From an uncultured Lachnospiraceae bacterium (lineage in GTDB: Bacteria > Bacillota > Clostridia > Christensenellales > UBA1242), in NCBI GenBank assembly GCA_964653635.1, contig CAZZGZ010000003.1:8438-72437 (forward strand): 64,000 nucleotides of DNA, read 5' to 3'. Shown one piece after another: positions 21,598 through 31,509 of the stretch. Both the position numbers and the translations under genes were made by a program. The notes under the pieces are model-generated. The model had not been told where the DNA came from, searched no databases, and saw nothing but the letters and a program-made list of their open reading frames with translations. Position 1 is the first letter of the stretch; each line of letters opens with the position of its first letter.

Positions 21598-21904
21598 ATA
21601 TTAAAATTTAGGTAAATAATCTTCAAATTTTTAATCTAGTTTTAAGTAATCCATAAAGTCAACTCTATGTTCTTTGGCACAATTATTGATGAGCTTATAA
21701 AAACAAATCTTACTTCCCTTTACTTCTATATTGGCTTACATAATCAGAGTGATTTAATAGAATGTATATCTTTACATCAATGGTAGACATGCCTTAAAAC
21801 AGTATTATCATACTATATTTTTCGTATTTTGTCAAATATTTTTCCAAACATTGCAAAATTGCAGAATTTATATTTTAGAATAACTATTTATTAATAAAAA
21901 TAGT

Positions 21905-21932
21905 TGCATTTTGTTTTTGTTTAGTGTATAAT
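21905..21932 (+). promoter_or_regulatory. Sigma-70-type promoter for the SRP RNA
   Basis: TTGCAT (21905-21910), a 16-nt spacer, then an extended -10 TGTATAAT ending at 21932. This is about 7 nt upstream of the RNA 5' end. Confidence 0.5.
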
Positions 21933-21938
21933 AATAAA

Positions 21939-22207
21939 GTCAGACATAAGTGGGGAGTTTGCAGTGCCCTGTGACTCGCAATCTGCAATAGCGAGGCTGA
22001 CCACCTATCTAGGTGTATGTAAGTTGAATATGAACGTATGTGCAAAACGTTGAAATTAAGGTCTTATGCAACTTTCGCCCCCGAACCATGTCAGGTCTTG
22101 ACGGAAGCAGCATTAAAGGGATACGTGGGTGTGCCATAAGGTAGCTTTGATGGAGTTTTGCTTATGCGAGGCAGTCGGTTTATGTGCAACAAAATAGGCT
22201 GTCTGAC
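21939..22207 (+). ncRNA. ffs: Signal recognition particle RNA, long Bacillus-type (scRNA) with Alu domain
   Basis: The Alu-domain string GGGGAGTTTGCAGTGCCCTGTGACTCGCAATCTGCAATAGCGAGGCTGA and the helix-8 string GAACCATGTCAGGTCTTGACGGAAGCAGCATTAAAGG closely match the recalled B. subtilis scRNA. The 5' GTCAGACA pairs with the 3' TGTCTGAC. Confidence 0.85.
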
Positions 22208-22258
22208 ATGAAATTTCAAGGTATAACCTTTTTTAATAGTGGGTATAACTCACATAAA

Positions 22259-22287
22259 AGTAAAGACAAGTTCTTTACTTTTTTTTA
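22259..22287 (+). terminator. Intrinsic terminator after the SRP RNA
   Basis: Stem AGTAAAGA/TCTTTACT with a 5-nt loop, followed by a run of 8 T. Confidence 0.65.
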
Positions 22288-22616
22288 ATATTCCTCGCAA
22301 TAAATTAAGTATATTGAACGTAAATAATCCTCCTTCTTCATCTAAAATAAACATATATTAAATGTGTATGGAATATGCAACTTTAATGACATAAATTATA
22401 ATATCTTTTACATTGATACTCTCAATATTTACGTATATTATCTGCATAATACATACTAGATATAGTCAAAAATTTAAAATTATAGACACAGATACTCTGC
22501 TTTGCCATCTTTGTACTTGGTAAGTATTATTTAAAGTATTAAATATTTACCAAATAAAATATTATATTACAAATATCAAGTTATAATAATCTTTTAGTAT
22601 TATGCAAAAATTTATC

Positions 22617-23657
22617 TTAGCATATAAACATGGCATCACCAAAACTAAAAAATCTATAATTATTTGCTACGGCATAGTTGTAAAGTGAAAGTGTTTTGTC
22701 AATATCACCTATAAACGCTGAAACTAACATAATAAGCGTGCTTTCAGGTAAATGAAAATTAGTTATCAGTGCATCTACGACTTTAAACTTATATGGTGGA
22801 TAGATAAAGATATCCGTCTCCTTTACACACGGCAAAACTTTTCCATTCTCATCGGTAGAACTTTCAAGTGTCCGAACTGATGTCGTCCCCACTGCTATTA
22901 CTCTACCCCCATTTGAATGCGTTTCATTAATTATATCTGCCGTTTCTTGTGTAATTTCTATATGTTCGGTGTGCATTTTATGATTTAATATATTATCCTC
23001 ACTTACAGGTCTAAAAGTTCCTAACCCCACATGAAGCAATACTTTCACGATTTTAACGCCCATTTTTTCAATTTTGGCAAGTAAGTCATTTGTGAAATGT
23101 AACCCCGCTGTTGGTGCTGCTGATGAACCATCAACTTTGGCATAAACAGTCTGGTATCTACTACTATCTTTGAGTTTTTCTTTGATATAAGGTGGCAATG
23201 GCATAGTGCCTACTTTCAAAAGATTTTCTTCAAAAGAGCCGATATAACAAAACTCAATTTCACATTCTCCAAAATCGCCGATTTTTAATACACGCCCACT
23301 AAAACTTTCACTAAAATGAATTTTTGTCCCGACTTTTAAACGTTTTTGTGGTCTTGCTATGACACTCCATGTATTTAAGTTTAAACGTTTTTGAAGTAAT
23401 ATCTCAATCCTTGCTCCTGTCTGTTCTTTCACACCAAAAAGTCTTGCTGGCAGTACTTTGGTATCATTTATAACAAGACAATCGCCCTTTTTTAAATAAG
23501 TAGTTATGTCTTTAAAAATTTTATTTTCTCTTTTACCACTCGTTCTATCATACACCAAAAGTCTGGAACTATCTCTTGGCTCCACAGGTGTTTGAGCTAT
23601 TTGTCCCTCGGGTAAGTTATAAAAATAGGTCGAACGTAATAAATTTCTATTCTCCAT
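22617..23657 (-). CDS. queA: S-adenosylmethionine:tRNA ribosyltransferase-isomerase
   Basis: 346 aa. N-terminal YFYNLPEGQIAQTPVEPRDSSRLLV, TAGLHFT, and C-terminal YRFFSFGDAMFI. Confidence 0.95.
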   Translation of the reverse strand: MENRNLLRSTYFYNLPEGQIAQTPVEPRDSSRLLVYDRTSGKRENKIFKDITTYLKKGDCLVINDTKVLPARLFGVKEQTGARIEILLQKRLNLNTWSVIARPQKRLKVGTKIHFSESFSGRVLKIGDFGECEIEFCYIGSFEENLLKVGTMPLPPYIKEKLKDSSRYQTVYAKVDGSSAAPTAGLHFTNDLLAKIEKMGVKIVKVLLHVGLGTFRPVSEDNILNHKMHTEHIEITQETADIINETHSNGGRVIAVGTTSVRTLESSTDENGKVLPCVKETDIFIYPPYKFKVVDALITNFHLPESTLIMLVSAFIGDIDKTLSLYNYAVANNYRFFSFGDAMFIC

Positions 23658-23662
23658 AACTT

Positions 23663-24661
23663 TTAGTCCTTTTTAATATTTAGGTGCTTATAAGCAGGTT
23701 CAAGGCATACCCTACCTCTGGGAGTGCGTGCTACAAAACCTAGTTGCAAAAGATATGGCTCATAAACATCTTCAATAGTGCTTGCATCCTCTCCTATCAT
23801 AGCCGCCAAAGTATCTAATCCTACTGGTCCCCCCTTAAATCGATTTATCATACATAGTAGTATTTTTCTGTCTATTTGGTCAAGTCCGAGGTTATCAACA
23901 TCCATACGCTCAAGAGCATGACTTGCAAGTTCTTGAGAAATTACACCACTGCCCATAACCTGTGCATAATCACGCACCCGCTTTAAAAATCGATTTGCTA
24001 TCCTTGGTGTCCCCCGAGAACGCCTTGCAATTTCTTCACTAGCAGTTCTGTCAATATCTATGCGTAAAATACGTGCTGACCTTTCAACAATCATTCGAAG
24101 CTCTTCAATACTATATAGTTCTAGCCTTTCAATAACGCCAAATCTATCACGCAATGGACTAGTCAGCATACCCGCTTTTGTCGTTGCACCAATCAATGTA
24201 AATGGTTGTAGTTTAAGACGCATGTTCTTTGCTGAAGGTCCTTTTCCAACTATAAAATCAAGTGCAAAATCTTCCATGGCTGGATAGAGGACTTCTTCAA
24301 CAGTTTTATTAAGTCTGTGTATTTCATCGATAAATAAGACATCATTCGGTTGCAAATTAGTCAATATGGAAGCAAGATCAGCTGCATGTTCAATTGCAGG
24401 TCCAGATGTAATTTTAAATGATGACCCCATTTCATTCGCAATGATATGAGCAAGAGTAGTCTTGCCAAGTCCAGGTGGTCCATATAAAAGAACATGGTCA
24501 AGAGGTTCTTTTCGGTTCTTTGCTGCCTCTACATAAACTCCCAAACTTTCTTTTATCTTATCTTGTCCAATATAGTCCTCTAATACAACAGGACGAAGTG
24601 AGTTTTCAATTTCTGCGTCTGTTAATTTTTTAGTACTTGTTATAAAGCGATTATCTTCCAT
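23663..24661 (-). CDS. ruvB: Holliday junction branch migration helicase RuvB
   Basis: [33 protein letters not shown], and [16 protein letters not shown]. Confidence 0.95.
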   Translation of the reverse strand: MEDNRFITSTKKLTDAEIENSLRPVVLEDYIGQDKIKESLGVYVEAAKNRKEPLDHVLLYGPPGLGKTTLAHIIANEMGSSFKITSGPAIEHAADLASILTNLQPNDVLFIDEIHRLNKTVEEVLYPAMEDFALDFIVGKGPSAKNMRLKLQPFTLIGATTKAGMLTSPLRDRFGVIERLELYSIEELRMIVERSARILRIDIDRTASEEIARRSRGTPRIANRFLKRVRDYAQVMGSGVISQELASHALERMDVDNLGLDQIDRKILLCMINRFKGGPVGLDTLAAMIGEDASTIEDVYEPYLLQLGFVARTPRGRVCLEPAYKHLNIKKD

Positions 24662-24666
24662 AAAAC

Positions 24667-25266
24667 CTACCTATTTAAACTCTGTAATGCCTTGACAATT
24701 ATTTCTTCTGCTGTGGATACCTCTGTTGAGCATGTGCGTGCCAGTTTGTATGCTTCACCTTTTGATACCCCGAGAGAAATTAATGTTTCAGTAGCATCTT
24801 CAATTGCTGAAGTATTTTGTATCATATAATCATTAAGTGCATTTGATGATAAAAGTGGCAAGACATCTTCCACCTTATCCTTTAATTCAAGGCATATACG
24901 CTCTGCCGTCTTTTTGCCCAGCCCTTTTATCTTTGAAATAGTTTGAACATCCTCATGTCTAATCGCAGTAGCAAGATCTCCTGCCGTCAACCCAGATAAA
25001 ATACTGCTAGCCATTTTAGGTCCAACCCCTGACACTTCAATAAGTTTAAGAAACATAGCCTTCTCTTCTTGACTAGAAAAACCAAATAGTGCAAGTCCGT
25101 CTTCCTTTACCTGCAAATATGTATATATTTTAACATCTTCGCCAATATTACCTAAATGTGCCAAAGTAAAATTCGAGACACATATCTCATACCCAACTCC
25201 TGAAACGTTTAGTACCAGCAAGCCCTCTGTCTTTTCTTCTATCATACCATATAAAAAACCTATCAT
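24667..25266 (-). CDS. ruvA: Holliday junction DNA-binding protein RuvA
   Basis: N-terminal MIGFLYG...VGYEI, HhH motifs VSGVGPKMA and [12 protein letters not shown]. Confidence 0.9.
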   Translation of the reverse strand: MIGFLYGMIEEKTEGLLVLNVSGVGYEICVSNFTLAHLGNIGEDVKIYTYLQVKEDGLALFGFSSQEEKAMFLKLIEVSGVGPKMASSILSGLTAGDLATAIRHEDVQTISKIKGLGKKTAERICLELKDKVEDVLPLLSSNALNDYMIQNTSAIEDATETLISLGVSKGEAYKLARTCSTEVSTAEEIIVKALQSLNR

Positions 25267-25455
25267 ACAATCTCCTATACGCTAAGTACTTCTTATCTTA
25301 GTGTACAATAAAAAAAGCTTATAAGTCAAATAAAAAAAGAAAGGAAACTCTCTTTATTTTATCGTGTTTTTCATACAAATCAAAATAAGTCAATTATAGT
25401 TTTATATAAACACTTTGTGTCTTAAAATTATGCTTCATATTACACGTATATACTA

Positions 25456-26019
25456 TTAGTTTACTTCTTTTATAATCATGTCAGCACAAGATGATATGAT
25501 ATTGTCTTTCTTAACAACAAATCTCATATTCTTTGCCGTCATATATTTAAGATTTACATTTTTTGACTCTACAAGCTCTATAACACCCTGATTGATTAAT
25601 TCTTCAAAACACTTTTCAAGAAAATTAGATCCCTCGCTTTCAAATCTCGCCATATGGATTGCCGCCGTTTTCATCACGTATTCATTATATATCTTAATAA
25701 GATTTCTACCATACATACTTAAAATCTTTGACGTTTCTTTTTCTAGCAGTCTACACTCTGACATAATTTTATTGTGTAATATCAATCGCTGTTCTTCTCG
25801 TTCTTTTTCCTCAATATCCATGTCCGCAAGGTCGATACAATCTATGAGATCGTCCTCTATCATATCTTGAATATTTTCAATTACTGACTCTTGCTCAAAA
25901 GTAAAAATGTAAGTCTGTGAAAGATGCTCAGAGATAAAATTAATTATATCCAAACAACAATCACTAAGCGATTGCTTTTGATATTCGAATATACATCTGT
26001 CATCCTCTATCATACTCAT
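25456..26019 (-). CDS. Hypothetical acidic protein (187 aa). It is the second gene of a two-gene insert in the ruv cluster.
   Basis: A long ORF whose start overlaps the upstream ORF's stop by 4 nt. I recognise no motif. Confidence 0.5.
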   Translation of the reverse strand: MSMIEDDRCIFEYQKQSLSDCCLDIINFISEHLSQTYIFTFEQESVIENIQDMIEDDLIDCIDLADMDIEEKEREEQRLILHNKIMSECRLLEKETSKILSMYGRNLIKIYNEYVMKTAAIHMARFESEGSNFLEKCFEELINQGVIELVESKNVNLKYMTAKNMRFVVKKDNIISSCADMIIKEVN

Positions 26020-26687
26020 TGTTTATCAATACCTATTTCTAAATTACAAGAAGGGGTTATAGCCTTGTTATATGTATTATCTTGCTTCTCATTACTGATG
26101 AAACCGGTGGACACTTGATTATTAAGTACATCTGTAAGTTGATCATATCGATTTTTTAATAAATTGATTTTTAATATCGTATTATAATCATTAATTTTTT
26201 TTGCTAGCCCTTTAACACTTTCATCTTCTCCATGCCAATATAGTAAGCATGATAAATCTTCTGACACCTTTTTTTCTCTTCTATTAATCATTAAACTTTG
26301 AATATGTGCAGCATTTATCGCCATGCTAAAAACGTGCCCAACAAGACAAGCACAAAAAGCTAGTTTAAGTGGCAAATAATCAACATTAATGCCCGCAATT
26401 AAAAATCCAGCCCCTGCAAAAACATCACCTACAAGGTTTACGTCAGAAAAATTCACACTTTCTTCAAGCAAGTCATCAACATAACTATTTTCAGGTTTTA
26501 ATGGCTTGATTATATCAAGTGCCTTTTGTTTACATTCATCAAATTCAGCCATTTTTGCCAAATCTATTTCTGGAAAGTCATAGTCTGCATTTTTAATTTG
26601 ATTGTAAAAATATGTCAAAACATCCTTACGTAGTACACAATAATCATATTTTGTGTGGCCTGAATTCTTTTTATTACCCTTTCTCAT
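26016..26687 (-). CDS. Hypothetical protein with a central hydrophobic hairpin (223 aa)
   Basis: The hydrophobic segment GDVFAGAGFLIAGINVDYLPLKLAFCACLVGHVFSMAI suggests about 2 TM helices. A 190-nt AT-rich upstream region could hold its own promoter. Confidence 0.5.
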   Translation of the reverse strand: MRKGNKKNSGHTKYDYCVLRKDVLTYFYNQIKNADYDFPEIDLAKMAEFDECKQKALDIIKPLKPENSYVDDLLEESVNFSDVNLVGDVFAGAGFLIAGINVDYLPLKLAFCACLVGHVFSMAINAAHIQSLMINRREKKVSEDLSCLLYWHGEDESVKGLAKKINDYNTILKINLLKNRYDQLTDVLNNQVSTGFISNEKQDNTYNKAITPSCNLEIGIDKQ

Positions 26688-26877
26688 ATTTCTCCTTTTA
26701 TTTTATGTTAGTATACTACAAAAAAAAGTGCCTGTCAATAGCTAATTTCAAATAATTTTGAAAATTTTTTGATAGGCTAAATTAATAAAATTATCAAATT
26801 CTTTGCTCGCAAAATACCATTAACAATAAAATTGTGTGTATACCTTTCAAGGAAATAAATTACGTTAAATCCTAATT

Positions 26878-27369
26878 TCATACCTCATTTATATTAATTG
26901 CAGGATTGATTTGACTATGACAGATAGCGACTGCAAGTGCATCAGCAGCATCATCGGGCTTAGGTATAGAAGAAAGCCCTAATATGTTTTTGACCATGAA
27001 TTGAATCTGCTTCTTTTCTGCCCGCCCGTTACCAGTTAAAGCTTGTTTAATTTGCATGGGCGTATATTCGTATATCTTTGCATGATACTTATATCCAGTC
27101 AACAAAACAATTCCTCTTGCCTGAGCAACTGGAATAATAGTTGTTTGATTTCTAAAATAGAATAATTCCTCAACTGCTAAGGTGTCAGGTTTATACTTTT
27201 CAAATAGTGAGCATAAAGCACTTTCTATATTGAAAAGTCTTAATGGTAAACTATCCGTCTTTGGTGTTTCAATCACACCATAATCAATAGTGGTGATGTT
27301 GTAACCATCAAAATCAATAATCCCAAAACCAACAATCCCATACCCGGGATCTATACCTAAAATTCTCAT
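26878..27369 (-). CDS. ruvC: Crossover junction endodeoxyribonuclease RuvC
   Basis: MRILGIDPGYGIVGFGII, AVEELFYFRNQTT, and C-terminal DDAADALAVAICH. Confidence 0.9.
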   Translation of the reverse strand: MRILGIDPGYGIVGFGIIDFDGYNITTIDYGVIETPKTDSLPLRLFNIESALCSLFEKYKPDTLAVEELFYFRNQTTIIPVAQARGIVLLTGYKYHAKIYEYTPMQIKQALTGNGRAEKKQIQFMVKNILGLSSIPKPDDAADALAVAICHSQINPAININEV

Positions 27370-27378
27370 ATTTTTTCC

Positions 27379-28335
27379 TTAACATTTTATTGATGATAAA
27401 ATCGCAGAGATAGCCTCACTATATTTGTTACTTTGTGTTAGCTTGTCTTTGTAAATCGTTTGTAAACTTGCTATAGACTTGAATTTAGAAACATCTGAAA
27501 GTTTAATGTAATTTATACAATTTAAAAACACTTTCCTAATATCGCCGATAAAAAGTTCATCAGGTACATTATACAAAAGACTTTCAAGAAAAATTTGATT
27601 ACAATCATGACCAGTTTTTAAGCTATAAAGAGTGTTTAATATTTTTAAAACATTCACAAAATTAAATCCAACATTATTTTGTTTTGCAAAAAAATTTTCA
27701 TATCTTACATTTAGCGTAAATGGATAAAAACGACTCGTTTTAGCATTATATGCTTTTAGATTTTGATTACTATCACACAACATCAAATGTACTACCACAT
27801 TCGCATTTACACCTATATCCTCGCCAGTTATATAGAAAGAATTATCCTTTAAGGTAATAGAAGTTTTCGTAGTTAAAAAGAGTGGCAATGTCTTAAAAAT
27901 ATCAGAGCGTAAATCCATAAAATTATATTTTTTTGCATTAAAATTGCTATTTTTTGCATTTTTTTTATTATTTTTTCGTGTTTTTCTATTAGAATTTCGC
28001 TTTCGATTTTCTCTAGATGCCATATAACTTTCTTTAAGTTTCCTAAAAAAATTAACAAAAATATTTAAACTTTTCTGCGAATTTATTTCTATCTGCAAAT
28101 TACTAAACCCTAAAATATATTCATGTTTCACACTAGAAGAAAACGCTCTATTAAACGTCTCATTCACAGGAAGCAAACATACATTGTCAAGACTAATAAA
28201 GGAATTATTTTTTGCAAGTTCTAACACCACAAGTGAAAAGATGGCATTGACCTTATTATCAATGTCTATATTAATCTTCTCGTTTGAAGATGAGATTATG
28301 TTCTCAAGATTTGAAGTGGTTATATCTATTTTCAT
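27379..28335 (-). CDS. Hypothetical protein with an Arg/Lys/Asn-rich linker; weakly resembles a degenerate Pol-beta-type nucleotidyltransferase
   Basis: 318 aa. Its ATG overlaps the serS TGA as ATGA. The linker reads RENRKRNSNRKTRKNNKKNAKN. The C-terminal IFLESLLYNVPDELF resembles the helical domain of NTase-fold proteins, but the catalytic Asp residues are not evident. Confidence 0.5.
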   Translation of the reverse strand: MKIDITTSNLENIISSSNEKINIDIDNKVNAIFSLVVLELAKNNSFISLDNVCLLPVNETFNRAFSSSVKHEYILGFSNLQIEINSQKSLNIFVNFFRKLKESYMASRENRKRNSNRKTRKNNKKNAKNSNFNAKKYNFMDLRSDIFKTLPLFLTTKTSITLKDNSFYITGEDIGVNANVVVHLMLCDSNQNLKAYNAKTSRFYPFTLNVRYENFFAKQNNVGFNFVNVLKILNTLYSLKTGHDCNQIFLESLLYNVPDELFIGDIRKVFLNCINYIKLSDVSKFKSIASLQTIYKDKLTQSNKYSEAISAILSSIKC

Positions 28336-29636
28336 TTTGCTATTTTTTTCTTAGGCAAAATCCTTTCTTTGCCACCCATATAAGGTCTTAAAACTGGTGG
28401 AATATTTACACTGCCGTCAGCTTCAAGATTGTTCTCCATAAATGCAATAAGCATACGTGGTGGAGCAACCACAGTGTTATTTAGTGTGTGCGGATATACA
28501 TTTTTGCCATCCGCCGTTTTATATTTTATACCAAGACGCCTAGCTTGAGCATCGCCTAATGTGGAACATGAACCAAGCTCGCCAGTATACTTGTTTTGTC
28601 TCGGACTCCATGCGTTAATATCACATGACTTGACTTTAAGATCAGCCAAATCCCCCGAACAACACTCACGAACTTCATGAGGTATGTTAATACTTTTAAA
28701 GAAAGCTGAAGATGTTTGCCACAATTCGTCATAAAACTTCATAGAATCCTCTTGTTTACATATCACAACCATCTCTTGCTTTTCAAACTGATGCAAACGA
28801 TATATACCACGCTCTTCAATTCCGTGTGCTCCGACTTCTTTTCTAAAACATGGTGAATAAGAGGTTAATTTTAATGGTAAATCCTTTTCGCTTAAAAGTT
28901 GACCCTTAAAACGCCCTATCATAGAATGTTCACTCGTCCCTATAAGGTATAAATCCTCTCCTTCGATTTTATACATCATATTTTCCATTTCATCAAAACT
29001 CATAACTCCACTTACAACGTCACTTCGTATCATAAATGGAGGTATGCAGTATGTAAAACCATGGTCAATCATAAAATCCCTTGCATATGATAAAATCGCA
29101 GAGTGAAGACGTGCCACATCACCTGTAAGATAGTAAAAACCATTCCCACTTGTCCTTCTAGCACTATCTAAATCAAGCCCACCTAAACTTTCTAATATGT
29201 CAACATGGTAAGGAATCTCAAAATTTTTTGTATTAGCCTCACCGACAGTCAACCTTTGAACATTTTCTGATTCATCTTTGCCAATAGGAACTGAAACATC
29301 AATAATGTTTGGTATAAGCATCATACGCTTTTTAAGTTCGCAAGATAGTGTATTTTCTTGTTGCTCTATCACTGCAATACGTTCATTATTTTTTTTGACT
29401 TCCTCTTTTATTTGATTTGCCTTATCAATTTCTTTATTTTTCATAAGAGTGCCAATCTGTGTGCTTAAATTATTTCTAATCTGCCTTAAATCGTCACCCT
29501 CTTTTTTTAAAACTTTGAGTTTTTTGTCAATATCAATCACCTCGTCTACTAAAACGAGTTTTTGATCTTCGAACTTATTTTTGATATTTTGTTTAACAAG
29601 TTCGGGATTTTCTCTAATCAAGTTAATGTCAATCAT
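28332..29636 (-). CDS. serS: Seryl-tRNA synthetase
   Basis: 434 aa. N-terminal coiled coil MIDINLIRENPE, class II motifs FRKEVGAHG...GIYRLHQFEKQE and TLNNTVVAPPRMLIAFMEN. Confidence 0.95.
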   Translation of the reverse strand: MIDINLIRENPELVKQNIKNKFEDQKLVLVDEVIDIDKKLKVLKKEGDDLRQIRNNLSTQIGTLMKNKEIDKANQIKEEVKKNNERIAVIEQQENTLSCELKKRMMLIPNIIDVSVPIGKDESENVQRLTVGEANTKNFEIPYHVDILESLGGLDLDSARRTSGNGFYYLTGDVARLHSAILSYARDFMIDHGFTYCIPPFMIRSDVVSGVMSFDEMENMMYKIEGEDLYLIGTSEHSMIGRFKGQLLSEKDLPLKLTSYSPCFRKEVGAHGIEERGIYRLHQFEKQEMVVICKQEDSMKFYDELWQTSSAFFKSINIPHEVRECCSGDLADLKVKSCDINAWSPRQNKYTGELGSCSTLGDAQARRLGIKYKTADGKNVYPHTLNNTVVAPPRMLIAFMENNLEADGSVNIPPVLRPYMGGKERILPKKKIAK

Positions 29637-29709
29637 TCGTTACTCCTTATACTTCTTCATAATTATAAATTTTTTATTGACAATTTGTCAAACTTTTATC
29701 AAGATTATT

Positions 29710-29737
29710 TGCAAAAAACAAAAAAGATTGTTATAAT
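29710..29737 (+). promoter_or_regulatory. Candidate promoter for the recombinase gene, implying a leaderless or near-leaderless mRNA
   Basis: TTGCAA (29710-29715), a 16-nt spacer, then TATAAT (29732-29737). The ATG begins at 29743, only 5 nt after the -10 box, and there is no SD. Confidence 0.4.
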
Positions 29738-29742
29738 TTAGT

Positions 29743-30936
29743 ATGAGTAATAGTTATCTACAGAAACGTGACCTAAAAAATCTTCAAAGAGTGGCACAAT
29801 ATTTAGAGAATTTGCCCCCATACTGCACTGATTTCATGATCGCTATGGAAACACAGAGCAGTACTTTAACACGTCTAAACTATGCCATGGACCTTTGTAT
29901 ATTTTTTGATTACCTTGAAAAATATGTTGTAAAAAAGCCTGCAAAAACTATACTTCTTGTTGACCTTGATAACCTTTTAGCACGTGACATTGAAAATTAT
30001 CTTTCCTATCTTACGTATTTCGTTAAAGACGATAAAATTCACCAAAACAATGAAAGAGCAAAGGCTAGAAAGTTAGCTAGCATTAGAAGTTTTTTCAAAT
30101 TCTTATTTGCCAGAGACTTACTTTCAAAAAATGTTATCGATAAAGTCGCTACGCCTAAAATACACGACAAAGCAATAATCAGACTTGAAGAAAACGAACA
30201 AGACCAACTTCTAGGTTGTATAGAAAATCCTGCAAATTTTTCAGATCGGCAAATTGCTTACAACAAAAATACATTAGAACGTGATCTTGCCATTGTCACT
30301 CTATTTTTGGGTACTGGAATTAGAATTTCAGAACTTGTTGGACTAAATATTGAAGATTTCAATTTAAAGCAAAATGAATTTAAAGTGACTAGAAAGGGTG
30401 GCAATGAGGCAGTTTTATATTATAATGATGAGGTAAAAGATGCGTTAAAACTCTATCTTAAAAAACGTGAAAAACTCCCCATAGATCGTAACGAAAAAGC
30501 CATGTTTATCTCTTTGCAAAATAAAAGAATTAGCGTTAGAGCAGTAGAAAAACTCGTTCAAAAATTTGCAAAACAAGCAAGCCCCTTAAAAAATATTTCC
30601 CCTCACAAACTCAGGTCGACATTTGGTACAAACTTGTACCGCTCCACGAAGGATATTTATATTGTAGCAGATATTCTTGGTCATAAAGATGTAAATACCA
30701 CAAAAAAACATTATGCAGCAATTAGCGAAGATTTAAGAAAGAATGCAAAAGATATGGTACACATTTATAGTCAAGAACACGAAAAATTAAATAATTTTAG
30801 TGATATTTCTCAAAAAAACGAAAAAAATGATGATTTTTCCAATAAAAATGATAAAATAAATGAAAATAATAATGATACAAATTTATCAAAGCCTACTTAT
30901 TCATCTTTTGATGATAATGACCTATTTGATTACTAG
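29743..30936 (+). CDS. Tyrosine recombinase, XerS/XerC-like, with an Asn/Asp-rich C-terminal tail
   Basis: Catalytic-domain motifs LFLGTGIRISEL (Arg), HKLRSTFGTNLY (His-x-x-Arg), and LGHKDVNTTKKHY (His...Tyr). The N-terminal LPPYCTDFMIAMETQSSTLTRLNYAMDLCIFFDYL resembles XerS. The last ~60 aa are low complexity. Confidence 0.8.
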   Translation: MSNSYLQKRDLKNLQRVAQYLENLPPYCTDFMIAMETQSSTLTRLNYAMDLCIFFDYLEKYVVKKPAKTILLVDLDNLLARDIENYLSYLTYFVKDDKIHQNNERAKARKLASIRSFFKFLFARDLLSKNVIDKVATPKIHDKAIIRLEENEQDQLLGCIENPANFSDRQIAYNKNTLERDLAIVTLFLGTGIRISELVGLNIEDFNLKQNEFKVTRKGGNEAVLYYNDEVKDALKLYLKKREKLPIDRNEKAMFISLQNKRISVRAVEKLVQKFAKQASPLKNISPHKLRSTFGTNLYRSTKDIYIVADILGHKDVNTTKKHYAAISEDLRKNAKDMVHIYSQEHEKLNNFSDISQKNEKNDDFSNKNDKINENNNDTNLSKPTYSSFDDNDLFDY

Positions 30937-30968
30937 TAAGCTTTATAAATATAAAAAAGGAGAATAAT

Positions 30969-31388
30969 ATGAATAATTTAGAAAATGAAAAAATTGTAAC
31001 CCCACAAGAAAGTAAGCAAGATGCAGACAACAAAAAGGTTAAAAATTCCACAAGTAAAATCAAACCATTTATCTCTGGTGCCATCTTATTTGGATTATCA
31101 TTTGTATTCACACTGGCTCTGTGTATAATATATTTTACTATTGTGGCAACGGCAAATTCTGATAATTCTGATACTTTAGGGCTTGCAATAATTTTTACGG
31201 TCTATGGTTCAATTCTTATCATACCAATTTTTGCACTATGTATAATCAGTATGATACTTAATATAATTTCAATCAAGTCCGATAACAAAAAAATAAAAAT
31301 TGCTAGCATTGTAATGACAATAGTTGATATTTTATTTCTGATTGCTTTAATAACTGCACTAATTGTTATAAATTTACCAAATTCTTAA
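30969..31388 (+). CDS. Small multi-pass membrane protein (139 aa)
   Basis: A GGAGAATAAT ribosome-binding site precedes the ATG. There are three or four hydrophobic helices. No recognisable family. Confidence 0.55.
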   Translation: MNNLENEKIVTPQESKQDADNKKVKNSTSKIKPFISGAILFGLSFVFTLALCIIYFTIVATANSDNSDTLGLAIIFTVYGSILIIPIFALCIISMILNIISIKSDNKKIKIASIVMTIVDILFLIALITALIVINLPNS

Positions 31389-31460
31389 ATTTTTATGAAT
31401 AAACTAAAATTTTCTGCATATTATACTATTGTGAAGAAGAATTACTTCACAAGAAACTAA

Positions 31461-31509
31461 GAAGGCATAGGCATGTTGATAAGTACAATATGTGCCTTCT
31501 TTTTTTTTA
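31461..31509 (+). terminator. Intrinsic terminator after the membrane protein gene
   Basis: GAAGGCA...TGCCTTC stem followed by 10 T. A second hairpin, TTGTGAAG/CTTCACAA, lies at 31429-31452. Confidence 0.55.

Noticed and set aside
21598-21640. A TTGAAG-17-TAATAT promoter for tRNA-Trp
   Set aside because: The -10 box would abut the mature 5' end of the tRNA, which would put the transcription start inside the tRNA. The geometry is implausible.
29637-29742. T-box leaders upstream of serS or proS
   Set aside because: The serS upstream spacer is only ~105 nt and holds the divergent recombinase promoter. proS starts 2 nt after the xseB stop. Neither has room for a ~200-nt T-box.
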